In this document: piece after piece, positions 22,243-32,012 of the stretch
How the letters are laid out: each line of letters opens with the position of its first letter
Numbering within the stretch: the first letter of the stretch is position 1
Assembly: GCA_965213625.1 (NCBI GenBank)
Contig: CBDBZU010000004.1
Span: 1,056,001 to 1,120,000 of the forward strand
Origin: a bacterium
Lineage (GTDB): Bacteria; UBA8248
Direction: 5' to 3'
DNA length: 64,000 bases
Translations under genes and position numbers: made by a program
Notes under the pieces: model-generated
Seen by the model: only the letters and a program-made list of their open reading frames with translations
The model's database searches: none
Told to the model about the DNA's origin: nothing

Positions 22243-22619
22243 TGGCGAGGCGGCTCTGGGCGGCGCGCGCGTCCGAGATAGGCCCCGGCGAGCGGATTCG
22301 CCTGGAGCTGGGCGGCCTGAAACTCGGCATCTTCCGGTTGAGCGACGGATTTTTCGCCCTGGAGGACAAATGCCCCCACCAGCAGGGCCCCGTCTGCTCA
22401 GGAAACCTATTTCGTGAGATCACGGCCACTGTGGGGGAGGACGGCAAGGTGCAAGAGCACTACGCGCGCGATGAGGCGGACGTGGTCGCGTGCCCCATGC
22501 ACGGCTGGGAGTTCGAAGTAAGAACGGGGGAATGTCTCGCCAACCGCAGGCGGAAGGTCCAGTGCTTTCCCGTGGAAGTCGACGGCGAGGACCTCTACGT
22601 CCTCCTGCCGGGAGGGTGA
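22242..22619 (+). CDS. Small Rieske [2Fe-2S] ferredoxin
   Basis: CPHQQGP and CPMHGWEF motifs; GTG start overlaps upstream TAG. Confidence 0.88.
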   Translation: MARRLWAARASEIGPGERIRLELGGLKLGIFRLSDGFFALEDKCPHQQGPVCSGNLFREITATVGEDGKVQEHYARDEADVVACPMHGWEFEVRTGECLANRRRKVQCFPVEVDGEDLYVLLPGG

Positions 22620-22647
22620 GGGTGGCTACTTCGACGATTCTCCCTTC

Positions 22648-22678
22648 TTGACAATCCCGCCGGTAACGCCTCTATAAT
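22648..22678 (+). promoter_or_regulatory. Sigma70-like promoter with 19-bp spacer
   Basis: TTGACA(22648)-N19-TATAAT(22673). Confidence 0.5.
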
Positions 22679-22763
22679 TTCAAGCATACTCACAAGTACG
22701 ATTCGGACAGGCGAGAGGGGGATGCCTCCTCTTTTTCGGCTCACCTTTTCTGGAGGGGATACG

Positions 22764-23156
22764 ATGTCCATGCCCACCTACGGTTACGACCATCTGCACT
22801 TTCGAAGCGAGGACCCCCACGCCGCCAGAAAGTTCTGGGAGGATATGTTCGGCGCGAAAGTGATGGAAGAGGGCGACCTGGGCGGCTCGCCCATTTTCAG
22901 GTTCGATCTGAACGGCATGAGCTTTCTTGTCTCGGGCCGGGCGGAGGGTGAGAACCCCGTCCACACGACGAGCGACCCGCGCTACGGGCTGGACCATTTC
23001 GGACTCGTCGTCGACGACATGGACAGGGCCGAGGCCGACCTTCGCGCGAAGGGGGCCGACTTCATCTGCGACCCGTGGGAGATCGGCCCGGGCACGAAGA
23101 TCGCCTTCATCAGAGGGCCGGACGACATCAGCATCGAGCTCGTCTCGCGGAGCTAG
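22764..23156 (+). CDS. VOC/glyoxalase family protein
   Basis: DHLHF, DHFGL.V.D, GPD...IEL. Confidence 0.88.
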   Translation: MSMPTYGYDHLHFRSEDPHAARKFWEDMFGAKVMEEGDLGGSPIFRFDLNGMSFLVSGRAEGENPVHTTSDPRYGLDHFGLVVDDMDRAEADLRAKGADFICDPWEIGPGTKIAFIRGPDDISIELVSRS

Positions 23157-23503
23157 GCGGTTCGCATGGCACGCCTGGGCGTTGTGTTCAAAATTGACAG
23201 CGCGGGGAAATCCTGCTAGCGTTTTTTCATAGCTACAGTACCAGTTGAGGTTGGTTGAGGATTTATCGAACGCCGGAGAGTGGGAATCGCGAACCGGTGG
23301 TATCGTCGCCTCCAGGGGATTGTTGCCCCGTTTCGCCTCCTGCCGTTAACACGCTTCCCATCTCTTCGTCTGAAATCCGAGTGAACCGAGAGGCCCTGCC
23401 CAGGGTTTCTTGATGGACGTTATGGACTGGTTCTGCCCCCGATGGCGGATCGCCCGTGCCACGGGGAGCGCAAGTTCTCTTGGGCGACGATGGAGGGTTG
23501 ACC

Positions 23504-24841
23504 ATGAAAGAACTCGGATTGAGTCGTCGGAAACTCCTTCGCAATGCCGCGCTTGGAACGGCCGCCATGGCATTGCCCGTCTCGCAGGCGACGCCCTCGG
23601 CGGCGATGGTGAAAAAGCTCAACTTCTACAGCTGGACCTACGGGATCAGCTTCGTGAAGCAGCGTATCGCCGAGTTCGAGAAGCTCGCCAAGGTCAAGAT
23701 CAACTACGGGAACACGCCGGGCAGCAAGTACCACGACGCCCTGGTCGTCAAGTTCTCGGGGAAAACCCCTCTCGACGTCATCTACATGATCGACGGGCAC
23801 CTCGCCGAGTTCGTCGAGGCGGGCTGGCTCTACCCCATCGATGAGTTCCCGCGCGTTGACGAATATAGAAAAGAGTTCATCGGCCCGACCGCCGATGCGC
23901 TCACCTATAACGGTAAGCTCTACGGCCTGCCCTACTATGTGGGCCACATGGCGTTCCTCTACAACGAGGAGCATCTGGAGAAGGCGGGCATCGGCGCTCC
24001 TCCCAAGACCTGGGACGAGGTGGTCCAGCAGAGCCTCCAGATCAAGAGCAAGGGGATTCAGGAGTATCCTTTCCTCCAGTTCCTGAAAGCCGATTTCTGG
24101 ATGGGCGAGTTGCTCTTCACCATGATGTACAGCCGGGGCGGGCGGTTCGTCGACGAGAAGTACAACGTCATGAACTACGACAAGGAAGGTTCCGCGGCGG
24201 CGCAGTCGATCCAGTGGATCATCGACGCGGCCAAGAAGCACAAGATCACGCAGCCCGGCTTCCTGGAGCTCAACGAAGTCGCCGCGCTCAAGGCCTTCAG
24301 CAGCGGCACGGGCAGCTTCGCCATCCTGCCGAACTACCGGCTGCGGGCGGCGAACGAGCCCAAATCCTCCAAGGTGGCCGGCAAGGTCAAGATGGCCCTC
24401 ATTCCCACCGCCAACAACGCCAAGCCCAACGTGTGCGGCTGGACGAGGGCCTACAGCATGACCGCCTCGGCCGCGAAGGACCCCGCGCGCAAGGCGATGG
24501 CCTGGAAGATGGTCGACTTCCTGGGCGGCAAGGACAAGTCGGGCACCTACCGCACCGCGAAGAAGTGGTTCACCGAGTTCGGCCTGGGCTTCGGCCATGC
24601 GCCGCTGTTCAAGGACCCCGACATCATCGCGGCCGCGAACAATTGGGGCGAGGCGAAACTGTTCGAGAGCCAGATGGCGCTCAGTAAGCCCAAGGACGGG
24701 CAGAAGGCCGTCTGGTACGCCGAGTGGGATCAGTACATGCGTCCGCGCGTCCACAAGGCAATCCTGGGCCAGGCCGACATCGTCGGCACGCTCAAGACCC
24801 TGACCAAGCAGTGGAACAGACTGAAGAGGCGTTACGGTTAG
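23504..24841 (+). CDS. Carbohydrate-type ABC substrate-binding protein, Tat-exported
   Basis: SRRKLL twin-arginine signal; GKLYGLPY, YN, PKTWDE. Confidence 0.9.
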   Translation: MKELGLSRRKLLRNAALGTAAMALPVSQATPSAAMVKKLNFYSWTYGISFVKQRIAEFEKLAKVKINYGNTPGSKYHDALVVKFSGKTPLDVIYMIDGHLAEFVEAGWLYPIDEFPRVDEYRKEFIGPTADALTYNGKLYGLPYYVGHMAFLYNEEHLEKAGIGAPPKTWDEVVQQSLQIKSKGIQEYPFLQFLKADFWMGELLFTMMYSRGGRFVDEKYNVMNYDKEGSAAAQSIQWIIDAAKKHKITQPGFLELNEVAALKAFSSGTGSFAILPNYRLRAANEPKSSKVAGKVKMALIPTANNAKPNVCGWTRAYSMTASAAKDPARKAMAWKMVDFLGGKDKSGTYRTAKKWFTEFGLGFGHAPLFKDPDIIAAANNWGEAKLFESQMALSKPKDGQKAVWYAEWDQYMRPRVHKAILGQADIVGTLKTLTKQWNRLKRRYG

Positions 24842-24901
24842 ACGCAAGTGGTTGCCTCCCCCGGCGGTGGACCGCCGGGGGAGGCGCGATGGAGGTTTTC
24901 C

Positions 24902-25855
24902 TTGGCGAATATCCTGTCCGTCGAAGGAGCTAAACCCGCCGCGCAGGCGGGCCTGAAGGGCTGGTTCGCCCGGCGCACGCAGACCGAAGGCGGCATTGCG
25001 ATGTTCTTCGTGGGGCCGGCGCTGCTGCTGATGGTGCTGCTCAACATCTATCCCATCCTGCATTCGTTCTACGTCAGCGTCCACGTCTATAACCTGAAGC
25101 GGCCCCACAGAAACCCCTTCGTGGGTTTCGAGAACTACGTCATGTTCCTGGAGAGTGAGGATTTCTACAACGCGTTCATTAACACGATAGTCTTCGTCGT
25201 GGTGTCGGTGATCGCCGTGGCTCTGCTCGGACTCATCTTCTCCCTGGCGCTCAATGAACTGGGCGCCGGCGTGCGCAGGTGGGTGGTGCCGCTCATTCTC
25301 GTCCCCTGGGCGGTGCCCTACGTGGCGAACGGTCTCATCTGGGAGTGGATCTACCATTCCGACTACGGGATATTGAACGGGCTTCTGGTTGCCCTTGGCG
25401 TCATCGACAAGTACCAGACATGGCTCAGCAACCCCGACCGCGCGCTCTATACCCTCGTGAACGCCTTCGTCTGGAAGGAGGTTCCCCTGGCCACCGTCTT
25501 GTTCCTGACGGCGCTCCAGGCGATACCCGAAGACCTCTACAGCGCGGCCAAGATCGACCAGGCGGGCGCTTCGAGGCGTTTCTGGCACATCACCCTGCCC
25601 GCGCTCAAGCTGGCCTTTCTGCTGGTGCTGGTCTACACCTCGATAATTTCCATCAAGACATTCGACCTGGTCTATATCCTGACAGAGGGAGGCCCGGGCG
25701 ACGCGACTGCGCTCGTCTCCTGGTACACCTACGTGGAGACCTTCCGGAATCTGCAGTTCGGCTCCGGCGCGTCGATTTCCTACGTAATTGCCATCGCCAC
25801 CTTCATCCTGGCGATCGGCTATATCAAGATCCTCTACAGGCCGCAGGAGAGTTGA
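24902..25855 (+). CDS. Carbohydrate ABC permease
   Basis: FVGFENY, ALQAIPEDLYSAAKIDQA, LTEGGPG; probable TTG start after GGAGG. Confidence 0.9.
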   Translation: MANILSVEGAKPAAQAGLKGWFARRTQTEGGIAMFFVGPALLLMVLLNIYPILHSFYVSVHVYNLKRPHRNPFVGFENYVMFLESEDFYNAFINTIVFVVVSVIAVALLGLIFSLALNELGAGVRRWVVPLILVPWAVPYVANGLIWEWIYHSDYGILNGLLVALGVIDKYQTWLSNPDRALYTLVNAFVWKEVPLATVLFLTALQAIPEDLYSAAKIDQAGASRRFWHITLPALKLAFLLVLVYTSIISIKTFDLVYILTEGGPGDATALVSWYTYVETFRNLQFGSGASISYVIAIATFILAIGYIKILYRPQES

Positions 25856-25857
25856 TT

Positions 25858-26796
25858 ATGGCTGCCCCGAGCGTTCCCGACATCAAGGAGATTCAAAGAT
25901 ACCGCCAGGCCGCCATCGTGGGGCGCATCGGGCTGTATTTGATCGTCGCCGTCATGCTCTTCTACGCCATCTCGCCTTTCTACTGGATGCTCAATTCGAG
26001 TCTCCAGTTCGAAAAGGACGTGGTGTCGGTTCCGCCCAACTGGGTTCCGCCCGCGCTCAACATCGGCAACTTCGAGGAAATTATTCTCAGAAAACCCGCC
26101 GATACGAGCGTCGCCTTCGACAAGAAGATGGCCGGATACTCCACGTTCCCCACGGCCGACGTGCTGCCCTCGATGTGGAACAGTTTCGTCGTGGCGTTTG
26201 GCGTCACCATCATCAACGTCATCCTGGGCTGCCTGGCGGCGTACGGCTTCGCGCGTCTTTACTTCAAGGGGAAACAGTCCCTTTTCTACATCGTGCTGGC
26301 GTCGCGCATCGTGCCCGAAGTGTCGCTGATCGTCCCCTTTTACCTGATGATCCGCGGGCTAGGTTTGCTGGATACCTATATGGGGCTCATCGTGGCCTAT
26401 ATTCCGATTTCGCTTCCCCTGGCGATCTTCGTGCTGGTCGCTTATTTCGAGACCGTCCCGCAGGAAATAGAAAGCGCCGCGCGCGTGGACGGCTGCAACC
26501 GCTTCCAGACGCTCTGGCGGGTGATTCTGCCGCTTTCGACGCCTGCGATCGTCACCGCCGGGGTGTTCGTGTTCCTCACGAGCTGGAACGAGTTCCTCTT
26601 CCCGCTCGTTCTGACCCAGACGATGAATACCCGGCCCATCACGGTGACGCTGCTTGATTTCGTCTCCGAGTTTTCGGTGAGCTACGCGCGGATGAACGCC
26701 GCCGGCGTCGCCTGCGTCGTGATTCCCGTCGCCCTGGCCCTCATGTTCCAGCGCTATTTCGTGCGCGGGCTGACGGCGGGGGCGGTGAAGGGCTAG
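25858..26796 (+). CDS. Carbohydrate ABC permease
   Basis: EIESAARVDG, SWNEF, QRYFVRGLTAGAVKG. Confidence 0.92.
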   Translation: MAAPSVPDIKEIQRYRQAAIVGRIGLYLIVAVMLFYAISPFYWMLNSSLQFEKDVVSVPPNWVPPALNIGNFEEIILRKPADTSVAFDKKMAGYSTFPTADVLPSMWNSFVVAFGVTIINVILGCLAAYGFARLYFKGKQSLFYIVLASRIVPEVSLIVPFYLMIRGLGLLDTYMGLIVAYIPISLPLAIFVLVAYFETVPQEIESAARVDGCNRFQTLWRVILPLSTPAIVTAGVFVFLTSWNEFLFPLVLTQTMNTRPITVTLLDFVSEFSVSYARMNAAGVACVVIPVALALMFQRYFVRGLTAGAVKG

Positions 26797-26822
26797 CCGG
26801 TTTTCCATAGGAGCGCGTGAGA

Positions 26823-27911
26823 ATGGCGAAAGTCGTGTTGGAGAATCTGAGCAAGAACTACGGCGATGTGGTCGCGGTCGACAACGTGGACCTCGAAATC
26901 GAAGACGGCAGGTTCGTCGTCCTTCTGGGTCCTTCGGGGTGCGGGAAGACCACCATTCTGAACGTGGTAGCGGGTCTACTCGACCCCACCGAGGGCGCGA
27001 TTCTCATCGACGGGGTGGACGTTCGTCACATCCCGGCCCACAAACGCAACATGGCCATGGTGTTCCAGAGCTACGCCCTCTATCCCCACCTCCGGGTGCG
27101 GGACAATCTGGCCTTTCCGCTTCGGATGATGAAGATGTCCAAGGCGGAAGTCGAGGAGAAGGTCCGCTGGGCGGCCGAGGCGCTCGATATCGAGGAGCTT
27201 CTGGCCCGCAGACCCCGCGAATTATCCGGCGGGCAGCGCCAGCGGGTGGCGCTGGGCCGGGCCATCGTCCGCGAACCCTGGGCATTCCTGATGGATGAGC
27301 CGCTCTCGAACCTCGACGCGGCGCTCAGGGTCGAGATGCGCGCCGAGCTCAAAAAGCTACACCGCCGTCTCGAGACCACCATGATCTACGTGACCCACGA
27401 TCAGGTGGAGGCGCTCAACATGGCGGACGAGATAGCGCTCTTAAAAGACGGCTTGCTCCAGCAATACGCTTCTCCCTATTCCGTCTATCACGAACCGGCG
27501 AACACGTTCGTGGCGCAGTTCGTGGGCACGCCGCCGATGAACCTCATCCCCGGCGCCCTGGAGCAGGAAAACGGGAGGCTGAGTTTCCGCTACGGGAACT
27601 TCGCCGTGGAGCCTTCACCGGAACTCCGCAAGCGCCTAGAGGAGAAGGAGAGGGAGCAGGTGATTCTGGGGATTCGCCCCGAGGACGTCGTCGTGACGGC
27701 CGCTGGAGGCGATGGGGACGGTCACCTGAGCAAGGTTCTGCTCCTGGAGCCTTACGGGGCGGATCAGGTGCTGGAACTCGCCTTCGAGGACGTATCGATT
27801 ATGGCGCGCACCGACTCGACTTTCAGAGTCGATATGGGGGATGAGACCCGCGTTGGGATGCGCGAGGACAAACTTTTCTTCTTTGACGCCGACACCCAAC
27901 TGGCAATCTGA
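26823..27911 (+). CDS. ABC ATP-binding protein (MalK-like)
   Basis: GPSGCGKT, LSGGQRQR, DEPLSNLD, VTHDQ. Confidence 0.95.
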   Translation: MAKVVLENLSKNYGDVVAVDNVDLEIEDGRFVVLLGPSGCGKTTILNVVAGLLDPTEGAILIDGVDVRHIPAHKRNMAMVFQSYALYPHLRVRDNLAFPLRMMKMSKAEVEEKVRWAAEALDIEELLARRPRELSGGQRQRVALGRAIVREPWAFLMDEPLSNLDAALRVEMRAELKKLHRRLETTMIYVTHDQVEALNMADEIALLKDGLLQQYASPYSVYHEPANTFVAQFVGTPPMNLIPGALEQENGRLSFRYGNFAVEPSPELRKRLEEKEREQVILGIRPEDVVVTAAGGDGDGHLSKVLLLEPYGADQVLELAFEDVSIMARTDSTFRVDMGDETRVGMREDKLFFFDADTQLAI

Positions 27912-27931
27912 GGCCCCGACGCTTCACGGCC

Positions 27932-28705
27932 CTACGTGTAGACCTCCTGTATCCCGAAGTAATCCGGGTTGAAGTTCTCGACTATCTCGCTCACCTTGTT
28001 CACGCAAGCCTCGAAATACCGGCGGCCTTTCTCCGGCGTGGCCCGGCGCGGGTCTCCGTAGACGCCGTTGTGCACGCGGCTGTCGGGCAAACGCACGACC
28101 GACGTCACCCCGTGCTGAAAGGAGAGGACCAGTTCGGGCTTGTACTCCCAGTCTCCGAGTCTGTCGACGTGCACCATGTCCGGGCGGATGTGCATCATGA
28201 AGGACGTCTCGAACTCGTTCGCGTGGGTGCCCTCGCGGAAGTTGTCGCCGATGGCGTCGCAGGTTTCCTTGTCCACCATGAAGTAGCTTCCGGCGACGAT
28301 GAGTTTGTCTCCGTCCCGGCCGTAGCGGTCCATGAGCCTGAACATCATGGTCTGCAGCAGGGGCAGGTTGGGGTTGTGGCCGTTCAGAAAGAGAATCCGC
28401 TTGAAGCCGTTGCGCACGAGGCTTTCGGTGATCTCGGCGACGCACGTCATGAAGGTATCGGCAGTGAAGCTGATGGTGCCGGGGAAATTATCCCACACTT
28501 CCGAGTAGCCGTAGGGAAGCGGCGGGGCGACGAGGCAGCCCGTCCGGTCGCCGACGGCCTTTGCGACTTCAAACGAACTCGATATATCCACCTGAACCGG
28601 CAGGTGGGGGCCGTGCTGTTCGGTCGAGCCCACGGGCTGGATGATGACGGGGTTTTCGGGAAGCATGTCGCGAATTTCCATCCAGGTCAGGTCGCTTAGC
28701 ATCAT
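27932..28705 (-). CDS. Creatininase family protein
   Basis: GSTEQHGPHLP..D, NGH, HANEFETS. Confidence 0.9.
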   Translation of the reverse strand: MMLSDLTWMEIRDMLPENPVIIQPVGSTEQHGPHLPVQVDISSSFEVAKAVGDRTGCLVAPPLPYGYSEVWDNFPGTISFTADTFMTCVAEITESLVRNGFKRILFLNGHNPNLPLLQTMMFRLMDRYGRDGDKLIVAGSYFMVDKETCDAIGDNFREGTHANEFETSFMMHIRPDMVHVDRLGDWEYKPELVLSFQHGVTSVVRLPDSRVHNGVYGDPRRATPEKGRRYFEACVNKVSEIVENFNPDYFGIQEVYT

Positions 28706-28734
28706 GGCGTCGTTTCCTCCCTTGGGTTACGGAC

Positions 28735-29205
28735 TCAGCCGGAGACGGCCTCGGCGGGTTCTCCCTCATACATTTTGAACAGCGCCAGATCGAAGCCGTC
28801 CGGATCGTAGAAAATGGCGGCTCGCCAGTAGCGGCCTGGGCCTCGCCACGTCACCTGGGGCGGGGTGGCGAACCGCACGCCCTTGGCCACGAGTTCCTCA
28901 TAGGCGGCGTCCATGTCTTCGGGCTCGAAGGCGATGTGGCTGCTTCCCACGTCGTTCAGGGCCGGCGGATTGTCGTAGGACTTCCCCTCCTGTTCCAGGA
29001 ACTGGATGAGCTCCACGACAGCGCCTCCCGCCTGGAGCATGACGATCCGAAGCCTGCTGTCGGGCGTGGTCGAGGCGTACTGGATCCCCTCCTCATCGGA
29101 GGAGATGTCCTCCACCACTTCGAAGCCCAGGGTGTCGCGGTAAAACGCGATGGACTTTTCGATGTCCGAAACCGTTCTGCTGGAATGGTGCATGGGACCT
29201 ATCAT
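28735..29205 (-). CDS. VOC family protein (methylmalonyl-CoA epimerase-like)
   Basis: HH...VSDIEKSIAFY, VELIQF, HIAF, DPDG. Confidence 0.85.
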   Translation of the reverse strand: MIGPMHHSSRTVSDIEKSIAFYRDTLGFEVVEDISSDEEGIQYASTTPDSRLRIVMLQAGGAVVELIQFLEQEGKSYDNPPALNDVGSSHIAFEPEDMDAAYEELVAKGVRFATPPQVTWRGPGRYWRAAIFYDPDGFDLALFKMYEGEPAEAVSG

Positions 29206-29509
29206 GACGATCTCCCCCCATTGGTCTTGAGAAAACCTTGCGGGCCTACCGTCTTTCGGGATGGCGCCCGTACCGGAAATTTCATGTACGAGATATGTCG
29301 GCAATATAGCACAAAACAATTTTGGGAGCACGAAACGACCGGTGGAAGGGGGTTGTTGATATAGCCGCTGAGAGGGAAACCCCATAAAGTCAACCCCCCC
29401 TACCCCCCCTTGTCAGGGGGGCAAGAAAAAGCAACCCCCCATCGAACGGGCAAGAGCAAAGCCCCTCTGCCAGGCGGGGGCGTATCGCCTTTTTATACCC
29501 CCCTGACAA

Positions 29510-31029
29510 GGGGCTGTTAAAAAACCCCCGGCATTGTGATTGGGTGTAATGACACTATCTCGCCCGAGATGGGAGTTCCCTCGATGATAGGCAGCAAGAG
29601 GCGCGAGCAGATGGATTTGTTCGTGGCCGGTTCGCTGGATCGGCTGATCCCCGAGGATCACGTCCTGATGCGCGTGGACCGCGTACTGGATTTGAGTTGG
29701 CTTCGTGAGGAGGTGGCGGATTGCTATTGCGCGGACAATGGTCGACCGGGGATCGACCCGGAGGTGGCGCTCCGCTTGATGCTTGCGGGTATGTTGCTGG
29801 GCTACGTACACGACCGGCGTCTGCTTCGCGAGGCGCGTGCGCACCTGGCGATCCGGTGGTTCATCGGATACGGGTTGCACGAGGAGTTGCCGCATCATTC
29901 GAGCCTGACGCGGATTCGTCAGCGGTGGGGGGAGGCTCGGTTCAAGGAGATATTCCGCCGGACGGTGCAGGCTTGTCTGGAGGCGAATGTGGCGAAGGGG
30001 GAAGTGGTGCACGTGGACGCCTCGTTGATACGCGCGGACGTGAGCTGGGAGAGCCTGGCGGCGCACCACGCGGAGAAGGTGATTCAGGAGAATCCCGTCG
30101 ATGATGAGGTCGGGAAGAAGGGAGGAGGCCGCGGTGGCGGGGGTCCGGTGAGCCGGACGGACCCGGACGCGCGGCTTGCGCGCAAGAGCGCGCGGGCGGG
30201 GTTCGAGCCGAGCTACAAGCAGCACGCGGCGGTGGACGATGAGCGGGGTGTTGTTCTCGACGTGTCGGTGACGGAGGGGACGCGGAACGAGCGTGAGATG
30301 ATGGCGTCCCATATAGAGGCGGTAAGCGAGTTGTCGGGCCGCGCGCCGGAGATGGTGACGGCGGATTCGGGCTACGCGTACTCGAAGGTTTACGGCGAAT
30401 TGGAGCGGCGGGGCGTGGAAGCGCTGATACCAGCGAAGAAGGAACCCAGCCAGAGCCGTGTTCCGCTGCAGTTGTTCCACTACGATGCGCGCAACGAGGT
30501 GGTGAAGTGTCCGGGAGGCAAGACGCTGCGCCCCCGGCAGGCGACGGAGCGGGGGCGCTCCTATGTATCGAAGACGCGGGATTGCGCGGGCTGCGCGCTC
30601 AGGCCCGATTGTCTGTCGAAGTCGCGCACGAGCAGGACGGTGTTGATTCCGCACGCGTATCCGGCGCTGTTGCGCGCGCGTCGTCGCCATTTGCGATGGG
30701 GGGAGGAGGAGAAGCGGCTCTACGACCGCCACCGTTGGCGCTCGGAGGGTTATCACGGGGAAGCGAAGAGTTGGCACGGACTGGCGCGGGCGGTGCGCCG
30801 CGGTCTGGACAACATGAAGATCCAGTCCTACCTGACGGCGACTGCGGTGAACCTCAAGCGGCTGGCCGCCGCTTTTGCGGCGCGTATATTCGCCCTCTGG
30901 ACAGCCTGTGCCGCCCGGAGATGCCGTCTGCGTGTTCATCGCGCCCTCGCGCGCCGATTGGGATCCCTCCCTGCCGCCGCGTGAACCGCTGTTCCACCCG
31001 CTTCCAAAACGGGGTTTTTCAACAGACCC
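29510..31029 (+). mobile_element. IS1182-family insertion sequence (1520 bp)
   Basis: IRL GGGGCTGTTAAAAAACCCC (29510-29528), IRR GGGGTTTTTCAACAGACCC (31011-31029), 5-bp direct repeat GACAA at 29505 and 31030. Confidence 0.88.
29584..30984 (+). CDS. IS1182-family DDE transposase
   Basis: GRPGIDP, LPHHSSL, DASL..A, TDPDA, ADSGY, C..C..R..C, R...E; start uncertain (ORF from 29536). Confidence 0.92.
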   Translation: MIGSKRREQMDLFVAGSLDRLIPEDHVLMRVDRVLDLSWLREEVADCYCADNGRPGIDPEVALRLMLAGMLLGYVHDRRLLREARAHLAIRWFIGYGLHEELPHHSSLTRIRQRWGEARFKEIFRRTVQACLEANVAKGEVVHVDASLIRADVSWESLAAHHAEKVIQENPVDDEVGKKGGGRGGGGPVSRTDPDARLARKSARAGFEPSYKQHAAVDDERGVVLDVSVTEGTRNEREMMASHIEAVSELSGRAPEMVTADSGYAYSKVYGELERRGVEALIPAKKEPSQSRVPLQLFHYDARNEVVKCPGGKTLRPRQATERGRSYVSKTRDCAGCALRPDCLSKSRTSRTVLIPHAYPALLRARRRHLRWGEEEKRLYDRHRWRSEGYHGEAKSWHGLARAVRRGLDNMKIQSYLTATAVNLKRLAAAFAARIFALWTACAARRCRLRVHRALARRLGSLPAAA

Positions 31030-31180
31030 GACAAGGGGGGGTAGGGGGGGTTGCTCTTCCAGTCGAGAGGGGCGTCTCCTCTACCCCCTAAAAAGGGGTC
31101 TTTTTCAACAACCCCTGAAGGAGGAGTCGCGGCACATGATGGCGAGGTGAATTGTGTAAAGAAAACTTCCCGAAACCCCT

Positions 31181-31978
31181 TCAACTCCCCCTGAAGTTCG
31201 GTTTGCGCTTCTCGTGAAAGGCCTCCACGCCCTCTTTGAAATCATCCGACTGGCGAAGCCGCGAGTAGCAATGCCCTTCGAGCTGGATGCCCAGGGACAA
31301 GAAGGTGTCTTCCGTTTCGTTGAGCAGGCGCTTAGCCGTTCGCTGCGCGAGCGGGGCGAACTGGCAAAGCTCCGCCACGAGGGAGTCCGTGGCCGCCTCC
31401 AGTTCTTCGTCCGGCACGACCTCGGTGACGATGCCCCACTCATACGCCTGGCTGCCGCCGATTCGCTTCGAACGCATGACGATGTGCTTCGTCCGCGTGA
31501 TGCCGATCATCTTCTGTAAGCGCGCCGAACCGCCCGAACCCGGAATCTGCCCCAGACGCTGTTCGGGCAGGGCGTAGAGTGCCGTATCGGATGCGACGCG
31601 GAAATCGCAAGCCAGCGAGATCTCGAAGCCCACGCCGAAGCAATAGCCGCGATTTGCGGCGATGGTCGGCTTAACGCACCGCGTGGGCGCGGCGATGTTG
31701 TCGGCCAGGTTCGATACGTGCTCGGGAGAGGCCTCCATGAAGCCGCGAATGAACCCGCCCGAGGAGAAATTGGGCCCCACCGCGCGCAGCACGATGACGC
31801 GCACGCGCTCATCAAGATCCAGATTCTCGAAGGCGGCGCGCAACTCCTCACGCTGGCCCATGCTGATCGTGTTCATCTCGCCGCGGTCGAGAATGATGTC
31901 GCCGCGCTGTTGCCCGGCGTCTATCTCGACCGTGAAGCCGTCGAAACTCGCGCCGTGTAGGTCTTCGCCGTGTGCCAT
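31181..31978 (-). CDS. Enoyl-CoA hydratase/isomerase family protein
   Basis: FSSGG, GYCFGVGFE..LACD, LPE.RLG..PG.GG, EKRKPNF.G. Confidence 0.92.
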   Translation of the reverse strand: MAHGEDLHGASFDGFTVEIDAGQQRGDIILDRGEMNTISMGQREELRAAFENLDLDERVRVIVLRAVGPNFSSGGFIRGFMEASPEHVSNLADNIAAPTRCVKPTIAANRGYCFGVGFEISLACDFRVASDTALYALPEQRLGQIPGSGGSARLQKMIGITRTKHIVMRSKRIGGSQAYEWGIVTEVVPDEELEAATDSLVAELCQFAPLAQRTAKRLLNETEDTFLSLGIQLEGHCYSRLRQSDDFKEGVEAFHEKRKPNFRGS

Positions 31979-32012
31979 CGTCTGGGTTCTCCTCTGTCTC
32001 GGTTATGCCGTT

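Larger units (their letters stand above)
29349..31115. mobile_element. MITE-like element with IS1182-type ends, hosting the IS
   Basis: GGGGTTGTTGATA (29349) and TTTTCAACAACCCC (to 31115); inner inverted pair 29391-29414 / 31030-31053. Confidence 0.6.
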
